DNA of 53,546 nt from a virus (IMGVR_UViG_3300025146_000019:1-53546), one strand, 5' to 3'; counted from the stretch's first letter, positions 25,132-35,148 are shown. The notes: a model not told the origin generated them from the sequence alone. Numbers and translations are program-made.

Positions 25132-27864
25132 TCAGGAAAGGCGGGTCTTTCGGATGGCGCAGTTCGCGTTCGTGGTGATCGTCCCGGAGGCAGCCGCAAC
25201 TTCGCGCGCGAACTGCACCTGGAGCCAGCCGGCGGTCGAGCCGTTGCGGAAGTAGCCGGTGATGATCGCGATCATGTCAGTCGCTGCTGTCGTGGACGTG
25301 CTCTCGACGCGATCGCCGTAGGCTCCGATGCGGCCGAAGGCCAGGAGCGCGTCGGTGCGAGCTATGCGCACGAACCCCTCGAACTCGGTCGGCGAGGCTG
25401 GTCCGTTCATGCCGAAGCCGGCACCGGTCGCGGTCGTATCGCTCTGGAAGATGCAGCGCGCCTCGAACGCAAACTCCTCGTCGGCATCAGCCCATACGCG
25501 ACAGCCCGGGATGTCCTTTAGAGTTCCGGCATTCTCAGTCTCCGTCCCCGTCGCGATGCCGTTGTTCGGGTCAGCGGGATCGATCTCGATCAGGTCGCCG
25601 ACGGAACCCGCCTTGGCGGTGACGCTGAGTCCGTTCGCCTCGGCGGCATGTCGGGCGATCAGGTTGCCGCTCGCTGACGGCAGGATGATGCCCTCGATGT
25701 AGCCGAAGTTCTCACCGGTCTGAGATCCGCTGCCGTTCGGACCGGCTGCGTCGTAGCCGGCCTGCCCACCTCGCACTTGCGAGTTATTCGCGATCGCGAT
25801 CTGGACCATGGACACGCAGACTGTGAACGTCGGACCGTTCACCGCCAGCCTGTATCCAGTCGTCGTCGCGTCGGCGGTCCAGGCAACCCAGAAGCGGAAC
25901 CAGTATAGTACGCCGCTCGTGACCGCCAGCTCCAGGGCCTGAGCGGCGCCTGGGTCGATGTCGGCAAGGGTCGCGCTGGAAGCGCCAGCGTTGGTAGCAT
26001 CACCTCCGAGGACCACCAGTCCAGTCGTGCGTTTGGCGAGCCACGAGCCGCGCAGGGCCGTCGCGGTGTCGGTGCCGTCTGTCGTCCGGATCTTCACAGA
26101 GAGGTTGCCAGCCGTGCTGCCGTTCTCGAACAGGATGGCTATGACGACGCCGACCCGACCCGTGAACGAGGCAGCCGCCGTACCGGTGTTGTAGGCGGCA
26201 GTCCAGCGGTTCATCACCTGTCCGCCGTCGAACACACGGTGTATCAGGATCCGAACGGGACTCGCTGGTCCATCAATCTGCAGGCCGAACGTGACGTTGG
26301 CGTCGCTCATGTCGAAGAACGCGAAGCCGTGGATAAGGTACTTGGTGTTCGCGGCGACGGCGAGCGTGAACCCAGCGACGGCTTCGAACGTGGAGTTCGA
26401 GACGGAGTCGTCTGCAGTCAGCTCCTCGAAGATGTCTGGATCGCTGAACAGCTCGGCGGTACCGAACGCCTCAGCGCCAGCGATCGCTGACGGCTCGATC
26501 TGCGCTGCGTCCCCCTGGACCGTCGGCGTCCCGAACCAGAAGCTGCCCCCGCTGGGGATGTCGCCAGCGCCGGAGATCTGGCCGTCCAGCCGCGCCGCGC
26601 CGAGTGCCTCCGCCGACGGGATGCCGTTGCCGCCGAACACGTCGAGCCGGATGTTGCCGTCGAGCCGGGCGGTCCCGAACGCCTGCGCTGACGCGATGCC
26701 GGTTGCCTCGATCTCGGCGAGCACCTCGTCCAGGGTGCGCGCCACGAAGCCCAGGCGGCCCCTCGCATAGCCGTACTCGATCTCCACCTGGTCGGACCCC
26801 AGCCGCACCAGCTGCAGCAGCGAGATCTTCGTCGCCGTGAAGGGGAGCGGGTAGTTGAGAGTGAGGGTGACCGTCGGGGTCCCAGCCACGGCCGTCACGC
26901 GGTGCTGGGAGGTGTTCCCGGAGGCGTCCTCCGCCTGGATGTGCGGGTTGCGCTCCGCCGCGTACCACGCCGCGATGTAGCCCACGGGGTCATCGCTGAC
27001 GGTCGGCGTGCTGCTCCCCGAGGGGGCCGACACGATGGCGAAGTCCGGTGTCCAGGTCGGCAGCCAGAACGGCTCGCGCATGCCGACCAGGTCCTCCAGC
27101 AGCGCCTCCACGTCCGCGAGGTCCGCGCGCCCGCCCAGGTGGAGGCTGCGCGGGTAGGTGGCCCTGCCCCGGTCCCACCCGCGCACCAGCGCCACCCGCG
27201 CGCCGAAGTCGGCCCGCTCCTTGCCCGCCTCGTAGCTCTCCTCGAACTGCTCGCCTGCTGGTGGGTCCCCGATGATGGGGAGACCGCGGTACAGCGAGAC
27301 GCTGCCCCCACCCCCACCAGGGCTGCGGTGGCGCAGGACGTCCGCCACCAGGCTCACCTCCGCAGCGTTCACGGGCCAGCGGCTGATGCCCTGCTGCTCG
27401 CGGAGCAGCGCCTCCACCGCCAGGTACACGCGGGAGCCAGCCGCGTAGGTGTTCGCCAGGTTCCCACTCAGCGTGAGCTGGGACGCGCTCGCCACGGACA
27501 CCGTGCCGAACTCCGAGACGGTCCCGTCCCGCCTGCGCAGGAACACCCAGTCCCCCGCGACGATGTCGGACTTGGTGTTGTCGAGGTCCACGACGGCCTG
27601 CCCCGACGCAGCGTCAGCGGTCACCCGGGCCGGCTTGTGCCACACCGGGACTCGCCACGACTCCCCGAGCTTCTGGCTCAGCATCCAGCGCAGGCGCCTG
27701 ATGTCAGCCTCGCTCTGGAGGCGCAGTGTCATGGTGAGCATCCACCGGGGCGAGGAGCGCTGCGCGGCCCGTCGCTCCAGCCCCGAGCGAGCCACGATCA
27801 CGTCCGTCCTCCACTCCAGGGAGAGGCTGATCGGAGACTCCGGCTCCAGGGTCAGGTCGATCAC
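25132..27864 (-). CDS. Distal/minor tail protein with a C-terminal extension of repeated beta-sandwich domains
   Basis: Directly after the tape measure gene. SLEWRTDVI..G.ERR..R..PR, VPVW, G...PFWLPTW and VRL.SD.VEI. Confidence 0.8.
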   Translation of the reverse strand: MIDLTLEPESPISLSLEWRTDVIVARSGLERRAAQRSSPRWMLTMTLRLQSEADIRRLRWMLSQKLGESWRVPVWHKPARVTADAASGQAVVDLDNTKSDIVAGDWVFLRRRDGTVSEFGTVSVASASQLTLSGNLANTYAAGSRVYLAVEALLREQQGISRWPVNAAEVSLVADVLRHRSPGGGGGSVSLYRGLPIIGDPPAGEQFEESYEAGKERADFGARVALVRGWDRGRATYPRSLHLGGRADLADVEALLEDLVGMREPFWLPTWTPDFAIVSAPSGSSTPTVSDDPVGYIAAWYAAERNPHIQAEDASGNTSQHRVTAVAGTPTVTLTLNYPLPFTATKISLLQLVRLGSDQVEIEYGYARGRLGFVARTLDEVLAEIEATGIASAQAFGTARLDGNIRLDVFGGNGIPSAEALGAARLDGQISGAGDIPSGGSFWFGTPTVQGDAAQIEPSAIAGAEAFGTAELFSDPDIFEELTADDSVSNSTFEAVAGFTLAVAANTKYLIHGFAFFDMSDANVTFGLQIDGPASPVRILIHRVFDGGQVMNRWTAAYNTGTAAASFTGRVGVVIAILFENGSTAGNLSVKIRTTDGTDTATALRGSWLAKRTTGLVVLGGDATNAGASSATLADIDPGAAQALELAVTSGVLYWFRFWVAWTADATTTGYRLAVNGPTFTVCVSMVQIAIANNSQVRGGQAGYDAAGPNGSGSQTGENFGYIEGIILPSASGNLIARHAAEANGLSVTAKAGSVGDLIEIDPADPNNGIATGTETENAGTLKDIPGCRVWADADEEFAFEARCIFQSDTTATGAGFGMNGPASPTEFEGFVRIARTDALLAFGRIGAYGDRVESTSTTAATDMIAIITGYFRNGSTAGWLQVQFAREVAAASGTITTNANCAIRKTRLS

Positions 27865-27880
27865 CGCCTGTCCTCCGGGG

Positions 27881-30199
27881 TCATCGCCTGCTCCTCAGGG
27901 CCCGCTCCACGTGGGGCATCATCCCCATGACCTCGTTGCGGATGACCTGGCGCCCTCCCGCACTGCTCATGGCAGACATCGCGGCCATCGCGAAGTCGTT
28001 GGCGTTGAAGTGGTTGACGACAGTGACCCCGCCGCCACTCCCCTGCTGGTCGCCGCGCCGCTGCTGCCCGGGGGTCTGTATGATGACGCGCTCACCTGGG
28101 GTGGCGCGGAACATCACGGGCTGGCTGTCGATGCCGCCGCGACCACGCACCATGAAGCTGCCACCGGTCTGGAAGCCCGGGACCGTGAAGCTGCCGCCGG
28201 TCTGGAACGAGCCCAGCAGGCCGCGGATTCCCAGCTGCAGCGTCATGCGGGTGAGCTGCTGTAGGAACTTGTCGCCCTCGATCTGACCAGTCTGGAAGAA
28301 GTCCAGCAGGGCCTCCTCGGCCATGTGCCAGGCCTCGACCATGTGGTCGCTGACCAGCGTGCCGATGTCCCCCACCTCAGCCTTGATGCGCGCCCAGCCG
28401 TCCGCGGCTCCCCCCTCCACGGTGGTGCGGCGCACCGCCTCGTTGAAGGCGTTGGTGGCTGACGTGGCCTGCCCTGCCGCGGCAGTGACCGCGTTCCAGG
28501 CCTCCGCCGTGCCCAGGATCTCTGCCTGCGTGACGGCCCAGTCCACCTCCGCGTAGGCGCGGACCACGTCGGCGCGCAGGTCGCCCAGCCCCCTGGAGCC
28601 AGCGCCGATGCCGGCCACCGCCTCCTGGGCCCGCTGCCGGGCGTTGGCTGCCGCGATGGCCGCAGTGGCCTCCTCCGCGGACCGCTTCACGTCGTCCAGA
28701 GACTGCCGCAGGCGGTCCTGGTTCACCTCGGCCAGGCGCCGTGACAGCTCCTCCGCCTCGGCCAGCTCTGGATTCAGGCGGTCGCGGTAGGCCAGGGCCA
28801 GCTGCCCCTGGATCTCCCTGATCGTCTCCATGGGGACCCGCAGCTTCTTGTGCGCCTTGTCCAGCAGTGCCAGCTTCCCCTCGTACTCGGCGGTGGCCCC
28901 CAGCACCGGGTCCATGGAGAGCTGCAGCTGGTCGAACTCCTCGCGCAGCTCCTTGATGGGGTTGCGACCGCCGCCTCCTCCACCCCCACTGGTCAGCACG
29001 ATGCCCTCGGCGTCGGCCATGGCCTGTCGGAAGAAGTCTGCCTTGGCCGCCTCGAACTGCTCGCTGGTGATCTTGTTGCCCAGGGCCTGGAGCTTGGCCA
29101 CTGACTGCAGGTACTTCTCCACGGCGGCCCGGCGGCGCGCGAAGGCGGCCACCTCCGAGGTGGTCCCGTCCGTCAGAGTGGAGAAGTCGGCGGCCAGCGC
29201 CGACCAGGGCTTCAGGCGCTCCAGCGCCTCGTTGATGCTGCGCAGGTTCTCGGTGCGCTCTGCGACCGCGTCCAGGCTGTCCAGGTACTCGTCGAAGGTG
29301 ATGCGTCCCGAGCGGTACAGGTTGAACAGGGTCGCCTGCGCCTGGTGCAGCTCGTAGGTGGCCTGCTGGTCGCGCAGCTTCACAGCGATGTTCGTGTCGA
29401 ACGTGGCTGCCAGCTCGGCGCCTGCCCTCACCAGGGGAAGGATGGCGTCCGCGGTCTGGGCGCGCATCTTGATGCCCAGGTCTGCGATGCGCCGGTCCAT
29501 CGTGCCGGCCTTGTGGCTGGTGTCGAGGAAGACCTTGCCCAGCTCCTCGAACTCCTTGCGGACCTTGTTCTTGATGTTCACCAGGCGGGTCAGCTCGCGG
29601 TCGTCGCCCGTGAGGCCCACCAGGTCGCGGTCCACGCTGTAGTCCGCCAGCGCCTCGATGGCCTTGGGGATCTGCTTGATGCCCTCCACGGCCTTGTCCT
29701 CGATGAACTGGAACGCGCTGAACGCGGCCTTGGCCACGAGCCCGAAGCCCAGGCCGAGAGCGATCGTCTTCACGTTCAGCTGCTCCATGCCGGACAGCAT
29801 CTTCTTGATGCGCTTGCCGCTGATGTCGTCGAGGCCCTTCTCCTTCTTGATGAGGTCGTCCGTTGCGGTGCCCAGCTTGCGGGTCTCCTTCTCGGACTTG
29901 CTGAGTCCCTCCACGATGCTGGAGAAGTGCAGCTCCTCCATCGACTTGTCGAGCACGCCGAGCTTGTCCAGCGGCTTCTGCATCTCAGCGCTGAATGCCT
30001 TCATGGTCCCGGAGGCTATGGCCTCGTCGCGGGCTGCCGCAGCCGCGACCTTGTCGATGGCGGCGACCATGCGCTCGAAGTCCGCGGTGGTCTTCTTGGC
30101 TCGGTCGCTCATCTTGCCCAGCACGGTCTGGACCTTCGCCCCGCCCGCCTCTGCCGGAGCCGGGTTGATGGGTACGTCGATGCCGAACTCGATGGCCAC
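27881..30199 (-). CDS. Tail tape measure protein
   Basis: Long Ala/Leu/Glu helical sequence after the chaperones. C-terminal FQTGGSF (x2)..GGIDSQ..FRATPGERV. Confidence 0.9.
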   Translation of the reverse strand: MAIEFGIDVPINPAPAEAGGAKVQTVLGKMSDRAKKTTADFERMVAAIDKVAAAAARDEAIASGTMKAFSAEMQKPLDKLGVLDKSMEELHFSSIVEGLSKSEKETRKLGTATDDLIKKEKGLDDISGKRIKKMLSGMEQLNVKTIALGLGFGLVAKAAFSAFQFIEDKAVEGIKQIPKAIEALADYSVDRDLVGLTGDDRELTRLVNIKNKVRKEFEELGKVFLDTSHKAGTMDRRIADLGIKMRAQTADAILPLVRAGAELAATFDTNIAVKLRDQQATYELHQAQATLFNLYRSGRITFDEYLDSLDAVAERTENLRSINEALERLKPWSALAADFSTLTDGTTSEVAAFARRRAAVEKYLQSVAKLQALGNKITSEQFEAAKADFFRQAMADAEGIVLTSGGGGGGGRNPIKELREEFDQLQLSMDPVLGATAEYEGKLALLDKAHKKLRVPMETIREIQGQLALAYRDRLNPELAEAEELSRRLAEVNQDRLRQSLDDVKRSAEEATAAIAAANARQRAQEAVAGIGAGSRGLGDLRADVVRAYAEVDWAVTQAEILGTAEAWNAVTAAAGQATSATNAFNEAVRRTTVEGGAADGWARIKAEVGDIGTLVSDHMVEAWHMAEEALLDFFQTGQIEGDKFLQQLTRMTLQLGIRGLLGSFQTGGSFTVPGFQTGGSFMVRGRGGIDSQPVMFRATPGERVIIQTPGQQRRGDQQGSGGGVTVVNHFNANDFAMAAMSAMSSAGGRQVIRNEVMGMMPHVERALRSRR

Positions 30200-30543
30200 T
30201 ACGTGCTACCCTTCCTCTCCATCTCTGCGGCCTGATGCCTCAGCCACTCCGCGTCCAGCTCCCGGATGAGGATGACGAACCGCGCGGTGTTGACCCGGTC
30301 GAGCCCGAGCGCCAGTGCTCGCTCCCGGATGTCCCTGACGGGGATCTGCCCCAGGGCCATGCCCACCGCGCGCTGTGTGTCCAGCTCCCAGAACTCCCGG
30401 ATGTACAGCTCGTCGGTGCGCTCCAGCTGCGGCTCGTTCAGGTACCATTCGGGCAGCGCCCTCCTCTTGGCCTCGGCGCCTCCGACCTGGAACCAGTCTC
30501 GCTGGTACTTCAGCTCCCAGGCGAGGCGCCGCCTCAGTTTCCC
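30199..30543 (-). CDS. Tail assembly chaperone T portion (made as a G-T fusion by -1 frameshift)
   Basis: Open -1 frame GKLRRRLAWELKY...FWELDTQRAVGMALGQIP...ELDAEWL...ST*. Its stop overlaps the tape measure start. Confidence 0.8.
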   Translation of the reverse strand, partial: GKLRRRLAWELKYQRDWFQVGGAEAKRRALPEWYLNEPQLERTDELYIREFWELDTQRAVGMALGQIPVRDIRERALALGLDRVNTARFVILIRELDAEWLRHQAAEMERKGST

Positions 30544-31037
30544 GCCTGCTCTGCCACCTCCTCCGGGTCCAGCGCGGCCACCACGAAGTTCTCCTCCGTG
30601 GTGACGAAGCGCCGCAGCCGGTCGAACAGCCAGTCGGGCAGCGCCCGCATGAGTGCCAGCGCCGCCTCGGCGCTGTGGCTCACCTCCTGGTCCTGCCGGT
30701 TGCGCACACCGCGCCAGCCCCTCACGATGTAGCGCGCGATGAGGTCGCGGTCCTCCTCCCGCTCGTCCTGCTTGTAGCGGAGGAAGTGGGCCGGGTCCAG
30801 CTCCTTGCCCTCCCGCTGGGCCTCCTTGCGAGCGCGCTCCAGCGCGCGGGCTCGCTTCCGGGTGCCGTCGCGCCGCAGGCTCTCGTTGAAGAACTCCCGG
30901 TTCTCCTCGCCTGCGTAGGCCACGTCCAGCACGGCGCTGGTGATGCCCCTGGGCAGCACCGCCGTGGTCAGGCTCGTCATCGCCAGCGGCACGGTCCGCT
31001 GGGAGATCTGCAAGTCGCTCAGGTCGAAGTCGTGCAC
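30534..31037 (-). CDS. Tail assembly chaperone G
   Basis: Between tail tube and tape measure. AYAGEEN, IVRGWRGV, LPDWLFD..R.F...ENF. Confidence 0.85.
   Translation of the reverse strand: MHDFDLSDLQISQRTVPLAMTSLTTAVLPRGITSAVLDVAYAGEENREFFNESLRRDGTRKRARALERARKEAQREGKELDPAHFLRYKQDEREEDRDLIARYIVRGWRGVRNRQDQEVSHSAEAALALMRALPDWLFDRLRRFVTTEENFVVAALDPEEVAEQAGN
30537..30543 (-). other. Programmed -1 ribosomal frameshift site G GGA AAC
   Basis: X XXY YYZ heptamer in frame at the end of chaperone G, immediately before its TGA. Confidence 0.85.
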
Positions 31038-31045
31038 GCGGCCTC

Positions 31046-32911
31046 CTAGTAGTCGCTGGGCAGGTACGGGAACAGACTGATCCCGATGGAGTAGCCCAGG
31101 GTCTCGTCCTCCTCCGCCATCAGGCTGGTCTGGATGGTGACGGACTCGTTCTCGGGGAAGCCGCGCAGGCCCTGTCCGATGCGGCAGGACGGGACGCTGA
31201 AGTGCACGGCTCCGTCCTCGTTGCGCAGCGCCCAGCGGAACCCGACCAGGGTGTTGTCCCGGATGCGTGTGGCCACCGCCGAGTTCGAGAACACCATGGT
31301 GGCGTCGATGTCCACCATGAACTTGCCGTGGTTCATGTACTTGGCGCCCAGGGTGCCCTGGACCTTCTCGGCCTGGACACCGTTGCGGATGGTGGCGGTC
31401 CAGGTCTTGAAGTCGGTGGTGAGCCCCGCCTCGTCCTCGTCCTGCACGGTGAGGCGCAGGTAGTGGATGGCGGTGGAGAACACCTGGCGCTGGGCCTGCT
31501 CGGTGGCGTCGTTGGCGTCGGTGGCGCGGCTGGCGGTGGGGGCCGGGGTGTCCGTGCCCACGAAGTTGAAGCCCACGCCCACGATGCCGGTGAGCGGCAT
31601 CGACATGCTCAGCTCGTTGCAGTAGTTCCCCTTGGCGTACTCGTACTCGGTGGCGCCGCCGCTGCCCAGGTTGGGGTAGGCCAGCTCGAACTGGAAGCTG
31701 CGCTCCAGGAACTCGCTGTCGTCGGTGTCGACGTCGCGCACGAACTGACCGAACCAGATGCGGACCGTCTTGCCAGCGCCGTCGTCCTCGACGAACGTGG
31801 TGTCCTTGTGTCCGAGGGTGAGCTTGCTGGCGGCGATGGTCTCGATCTCGGCCAGGCCGCGGTTGGCCGCGGTGGCGAAGTTGTAGGCAGACCCGTCACC
31901 ACCGATGCCGATGCACTGACCCGCCAGCAGGTCGAGCGTGGTGAAGTCCAGTGCGGTGGAGATGAGGTCCCCGTTCGCGTCGATCTCCAGGTCACCGCTG
32001 GCGCCCTGGAACCCTGCCACCTCCACGGTGCAGTGGTCCGGAACGGAGGTCTCGGCGACGATGTCGCCCTCGACCTTGATGGAGGTGGCGCCCGAGCCAG
32101 ACTCCACGACCTTCAGCCCGTTGTTGCCAGCGATGGCCGCGCCACGCACCACGACCAGGGTGCCCACGGGCAGGGCCCCGCCAGAGGCCACGGTGTACGC
32201 GCCGTCCACCCCGCCCGACAGGGCAACCGCACCACCGGCCCATGCGCCGTTGACCATGGTCTCGGCGAGCACGATGGCGTTCCCGTTGGTGCCGTCGATG
32301 ATGGCGGTGACCGTGACGGTGTCCGCGTCCGTCTTCACAGCCGTCACCTGGGTGTGCGCCACGGTGCCGGCGTGGTACTTGGTGCCGCTGCCCGTTCCGC
32401 CGTTGATGGCGTTGGTCAGGTTGGTCAGCGAGTCAGTGACCGCCGCCTCGATCAGCACGTCGTAGGCCGCGGCCAGACCCGCGCCCGAGGTCCGCCACCG
32501 GTAGACGATCGAGCCGATGGTGATCGTCTCGTCCAGTGAGATGGCTCCGGTGACGTCGATCGCCTTGCTCGCTGCGACCGAGGCGGTGATGGCCGTGGGC
32601 GAGAACACCGCCACGTCCGTGCTGCCTGGAGCCGTGGCGGTGGCGAACATGAAGCCCTCGATGAACCGGCGGAACGTCGAGAGGCGCAGGTCGTCCTCGA
32701 ACTCCACCCCGCTGTTCAGGTCCACCGGCACCGACGACTGGCGTCGTCGGTTGCGACTGATGGGCGAGGACTCCGCGGTGACCACCTCGGCGCCCCAGCG
32801 TCCGATGGACTTCCACGGCATGGTGTGCCAGTCCGGGCTGCCAGGCAGGGTGTTCAGGCTGGCCTCGGCGGCCACCTGTAGAGTGCAGCGGTTGCTGATC
32901 GGGCGTCCCAT
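31046..32911 (-). CDS. Major tail tube protein with an inserted domain
   Basis: SSPISRNRRR, RSFQFE, EYAKGNYCNEL and F.VDIDATMVF. Position in the tail module. Confidence 0.85.
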   Translation of the reverse strand: MGRPISNRCTLQVAAEASLNTLPGSPDWHTMPWKSIGRWGAEVVTAESSPISRNRRRQSSVPVDLNSGVEFEDDLRLSTFRRFIEGFMFATATAPGSTDVAVFSPTAITASVAASKAIDVTGAISLDETITIGSIVYRWRTSGAGLAAAYDVLIEAAVTDSLTNLTNAINGGTGSGTKYHAGTVAHTQVTAVKTDADTVTVTAIIDGTNGNAIVLAETMVNGAWAGGAVALSGGVDGAYTVASGGALPVGTLVVVRGAAIAGNNGLKVVESGSGATSIKVEGDIVAETSVPDHCTVEVAGFQGASGDLEIDANGDLISTALDFTTLDLLAGQCIGIGGDGSAYNFATAANRGLAEIETIAASKLTLGHKDTTFVEDDGAGKTVRIWFGQFVRDVDTDDSEFLERSFQFELAYPNLGSGGATEYEYAKGNYCNELSMSMPLTGIVGVGFNFVGTDTPAPTASRATDANDATEQAQRQVFSTAIHYLRLTVQDEDEAGLTTDFKTWTATIRNGVQAEKVQGTLGAKYMNHGKFMVDIDATMVFSNSAVATRIRDNTLVGFRWALRNEDGAVHFSVPSCRIGQGLRGFPENESVTIQTSLMAEEDETLGYSIGISLFPYLPSDY

Positions 32912-32920
32912 TTGGCTACC

Positions 32921-33349
32921 TCACTTTGTCTCGTAGAACTCGAAGTTGGCCCGGCACGTCTTGGTCTGCCAGCGACCCTCCTGGCCAGGCGGGCTCACCT
33001 GGCAGGCGGGGATGAACAGGAGGCCGTCGACGTCGACCCCCTCGAACGTGTCGCGGAACAGCTGGACGAGCGCGTTCATGGTCGCGTCGCCCTCGTCGAC
33101 CTTCACCCGGAACTCCGCCATGGCCACGCAGCTGCGCCGCACCTGGCGCTGACCAGCAGGAGCCTGCGTGTCCCACTCGGAGCCCACCTCGAACACCTGG
33201 AAGTGCGCGGCGGACACCTCGTCCGGCCACTCGAAGGGCTCCGGACCCAGCGTGATCTGCGTGTCCCGGTCTAGCGTGGCCGGGTGGAAGGCGTCGATGA
33301 AGCGGTCGTAGGCCGTTGCCATCGCCTCCTCGAAGTTCTCCGCGGTCAC
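32921..33349 (-). CDS. Tail terminator-like protein
   Basis: Size and position before the tail tube gene. Confidence 0.7.
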   Translation of the reverse strand: MTAENFEEAMATAYDRFIDAFHPATLDRDTQITLGPEPFEWPDEVSAAHFQVFEVGSEWDTQAPAGQRQVRRSCVAMAEFRVKVDEGDATMNALVQLFRDTFEGVDVDGLLFIPACQVSPPGQEGRWQTKTCRANFEFYETK

Positions 33350-33747
33350 TGCTCCACCTCCGCCACCGGTCCGGCACTGAGACGGGCAGCCACGGCGCGG
33401 CGCACCGCAGCCTCCACGGCGCTGAGCTCGATGGCTCCGCCCTCGCTCAGTCCCACGTAGGGCACCCGGTTCGACACGTACACCGGACCCTGGTCAGTGG
33501 AGTAGCCCGCCAGTGCGCGGATGGCCTGCGCGTCAGTGGTGCCGCCCCCGCGCTTGCCCTTCGAGCCCACCGGCTGCGTGGGTGGGCTGCCCACGGTGCA
33601 CTGCCAGTTGGCGCGGGCGTAGCCTGTCACGACGCGGGTCGCGCGGACCAGCTCGGAGCGCACCTCGAGCGCCAGCGCGATGACCTGCTGGCCCTTGAAG
33701 GTCTCCAGCTCCGCCATCACCGCGGCGACGGTCTTCTTGGCCGCCAT
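33346..33747 (-). CDS. Neck/tail-completion protein (HK97 gp10-like)
   Basis: T.V.TGYARANW...VYVSNRVPY. Confidence 0.8.
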   Translation of the reverse strand: MAAKKTVAAVMAELETFKGQQVIALALEVRSELVRATRVVTGYARANWQCTVGSPPTQPVGSKGKRGGGTTDAQAIRALAGYSTDQGPVYVSNRVPYVGLSEGGAIELSAVEAAVRRAVAARLSAGPVAEVEQ

Positions 33748-33760
33748 GGTGGCGGCCCCC

Positions 33761-34087
33761 TCAGCTCCGGGCCTGCCGCCCCTTGCGGCCCTTCTCGACC
33801 AGCACCTCGCCACCGCCCAGGACAGCCTCGCGGGCCTCGGCTGCGGCCGCCTCCGCGCGCTCGCGCAGCTCGCGGTCCGCCCGCTTCTGCGCGGCCCGCG
33901 CGTTGCGCCGCTTCTCGCGGTCGCTCGGCTCCCCGAAGTCGATGAGGTGGGCGCGCCACTGCCGGGCGAGCGCCAGCTCCTCGATCCCCTCGGGGTAGCG
34001 GTCCCCGGGCAGGTACCTCCGCCCGCGGAAGTAGTGCTCCGCGCGGGCGTAGGCTCCAGCAGCCGGGTTGAAGTGCGGACGAGCCAC
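33761..34087 (-). CDS. Hypothetical protein after the major capsid gene
   Basis: ORF with typical codon bias. GRRYLPGD. Confidence 0.65.
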   Translation of the reverse strand: MARPHFNPAAGAYARAEHYFRGRRYLPGDRYPEGIEELALARQWRAHLIDFGEPSDREKRRNARAAQKRADRELRERAEAAAAEAREAVLGGGEVLVEKGRKGRQARS

Positions 34088-34113
34088 AGGGCGGTGTCAG
34101 GCCTCTCTCCCGG

Positions 34114-35148
34114 CTACGCCGGGGTGGTGAGCATGTCGTGGAACCAGACGCAGAGGTCGGCGGCGACGACCTTCATGTCGTACGCCTGCTCGATCTCGTA
34201 GAAGTCCGCCATGGTGGGGACGTCCTGCCAGCGCCGCATGCGGGCGCCGGCCGGGCTGTAGCCGGTCCAGTCGAACTGGTACATCGCGCTCGGGGTGAGC
34301 ACGCCGGGGCTGGACGGCACGTGGGCCAGGAGCAGCGAGTCCTGCTCCGAGATGAAGTCGTAGGTCGAGGCCGCCTCGGTCGGGGTCTCGGCGCTGGTGG
34401 TCTTGATGACCCGGGCCACGCGGACCTCGTCCAGCTCGAGCAGGGCCGCGATGTTGGCCAGGGTGACCTGGGCGGGTCCGCCCGGGGTCTGGCCGCTGTT
34501 CACCCGGTTGATCACGTTCGGGTGGTTCTTCATCGTGCGCCACAGCTCGTCGCCGATGAGCATCTTGTTGGGCCGGTACGACGGGCCCACGAGCTTGATC
34601 TGGGCGTGGATGGCCGCGTCCAGCTGGTCGATGGGCTGCGCGTCGGTGTCCTTCCAGGTCAGGACCTCGTCGGCCGCGTCCGGGGTGGTGTCGGCCCCGG
34701 TGTACTGGGTGGTCCAGACGCCGTCCTTGAAGAAGGTCGACATGAACTGGACCTCGCGGTTCAGCAGCGCCTTCTGGGCGCACAGCGCCGCGGCCTGCCG
34801 GTCGAGGTCGATGGTGCGGGTGTTGGCGCGCAGCTGCGGCCCGACCTTGGTGTGCCACGCCCAGACCTCGCACAGGAAGTCCAGGTAGGTGATCCCGTAG
34901 CCGCCGCCGGCCGACACGGCGCCGTCCGCCCGCTTCTCCATGTCGTCCCGGTACCACCAGCCACGCGGGAAGTTCGGGAACTTCCCGGAGACCTGGTCCA
35001 CCGGCACGTGCGGACAGAAGGCGCTGGCGACGAAGTCGCTCTCGGCCTGCAGGAACCCGACCGACAGGTTGGTCAGCTCCGGCTCGACGTAGGCGTCGCG
35101 CATGTCCGGGAGCCCCTTGCGGATCATCTGGCCTCTGGTGTCGAGCAT
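34114..35148 (-). CDS. Major capsid protein
   Basis: LTNLSVGFLQ..SDFVA..FCP.VPV, RPNKMLIG..W..MKNHP and D.KVVAAD. RBS AGGAGA. Strongest codon bias. Confidence 0.9.
   Translation of the reverse strand: MLDTRGQMIRKGLPDMRDAYVEPELTNLSVGFLQAESDFVASAFCPHVPVDQVSGKFPNFPRGWWYRDDMEKRADGAVSAGGGYGITYLDFLCEVWAWHTKVGPQLRANTRTIDLDRQAAALCAQKALLNREVQFMSTFFKDGVWTTQYTGADTTPDAADEVLTWKDTDAQPIDQLDAAIHAQIKLVGPSYRPNKMLIGDELWRTMKNHPNVINRVNSGQTPGGPAQVTLANIAALLELDEVRVARVIKTTSAETPTEAASTYDFISEQDSLLLAHVPSSPGVLTPSAMYQFDWTGYSPAGARMRRWQDVPTMADFYEIEQAYDMKVVAADLCVWFHDMLTTPA

Noticed and set aside
18431-27864. Diversity-generating retroelement or invertase-type tail switching
   Set aside because: No reverse transcriptase or recombinase in the window, and no near-identical template/variable repeat pair noticed.
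30537-30543. Tail chaperone -1 frameshift as a novel finding
   Set aside because: Real but well known in long-tailed phages, so listed as a feature only.
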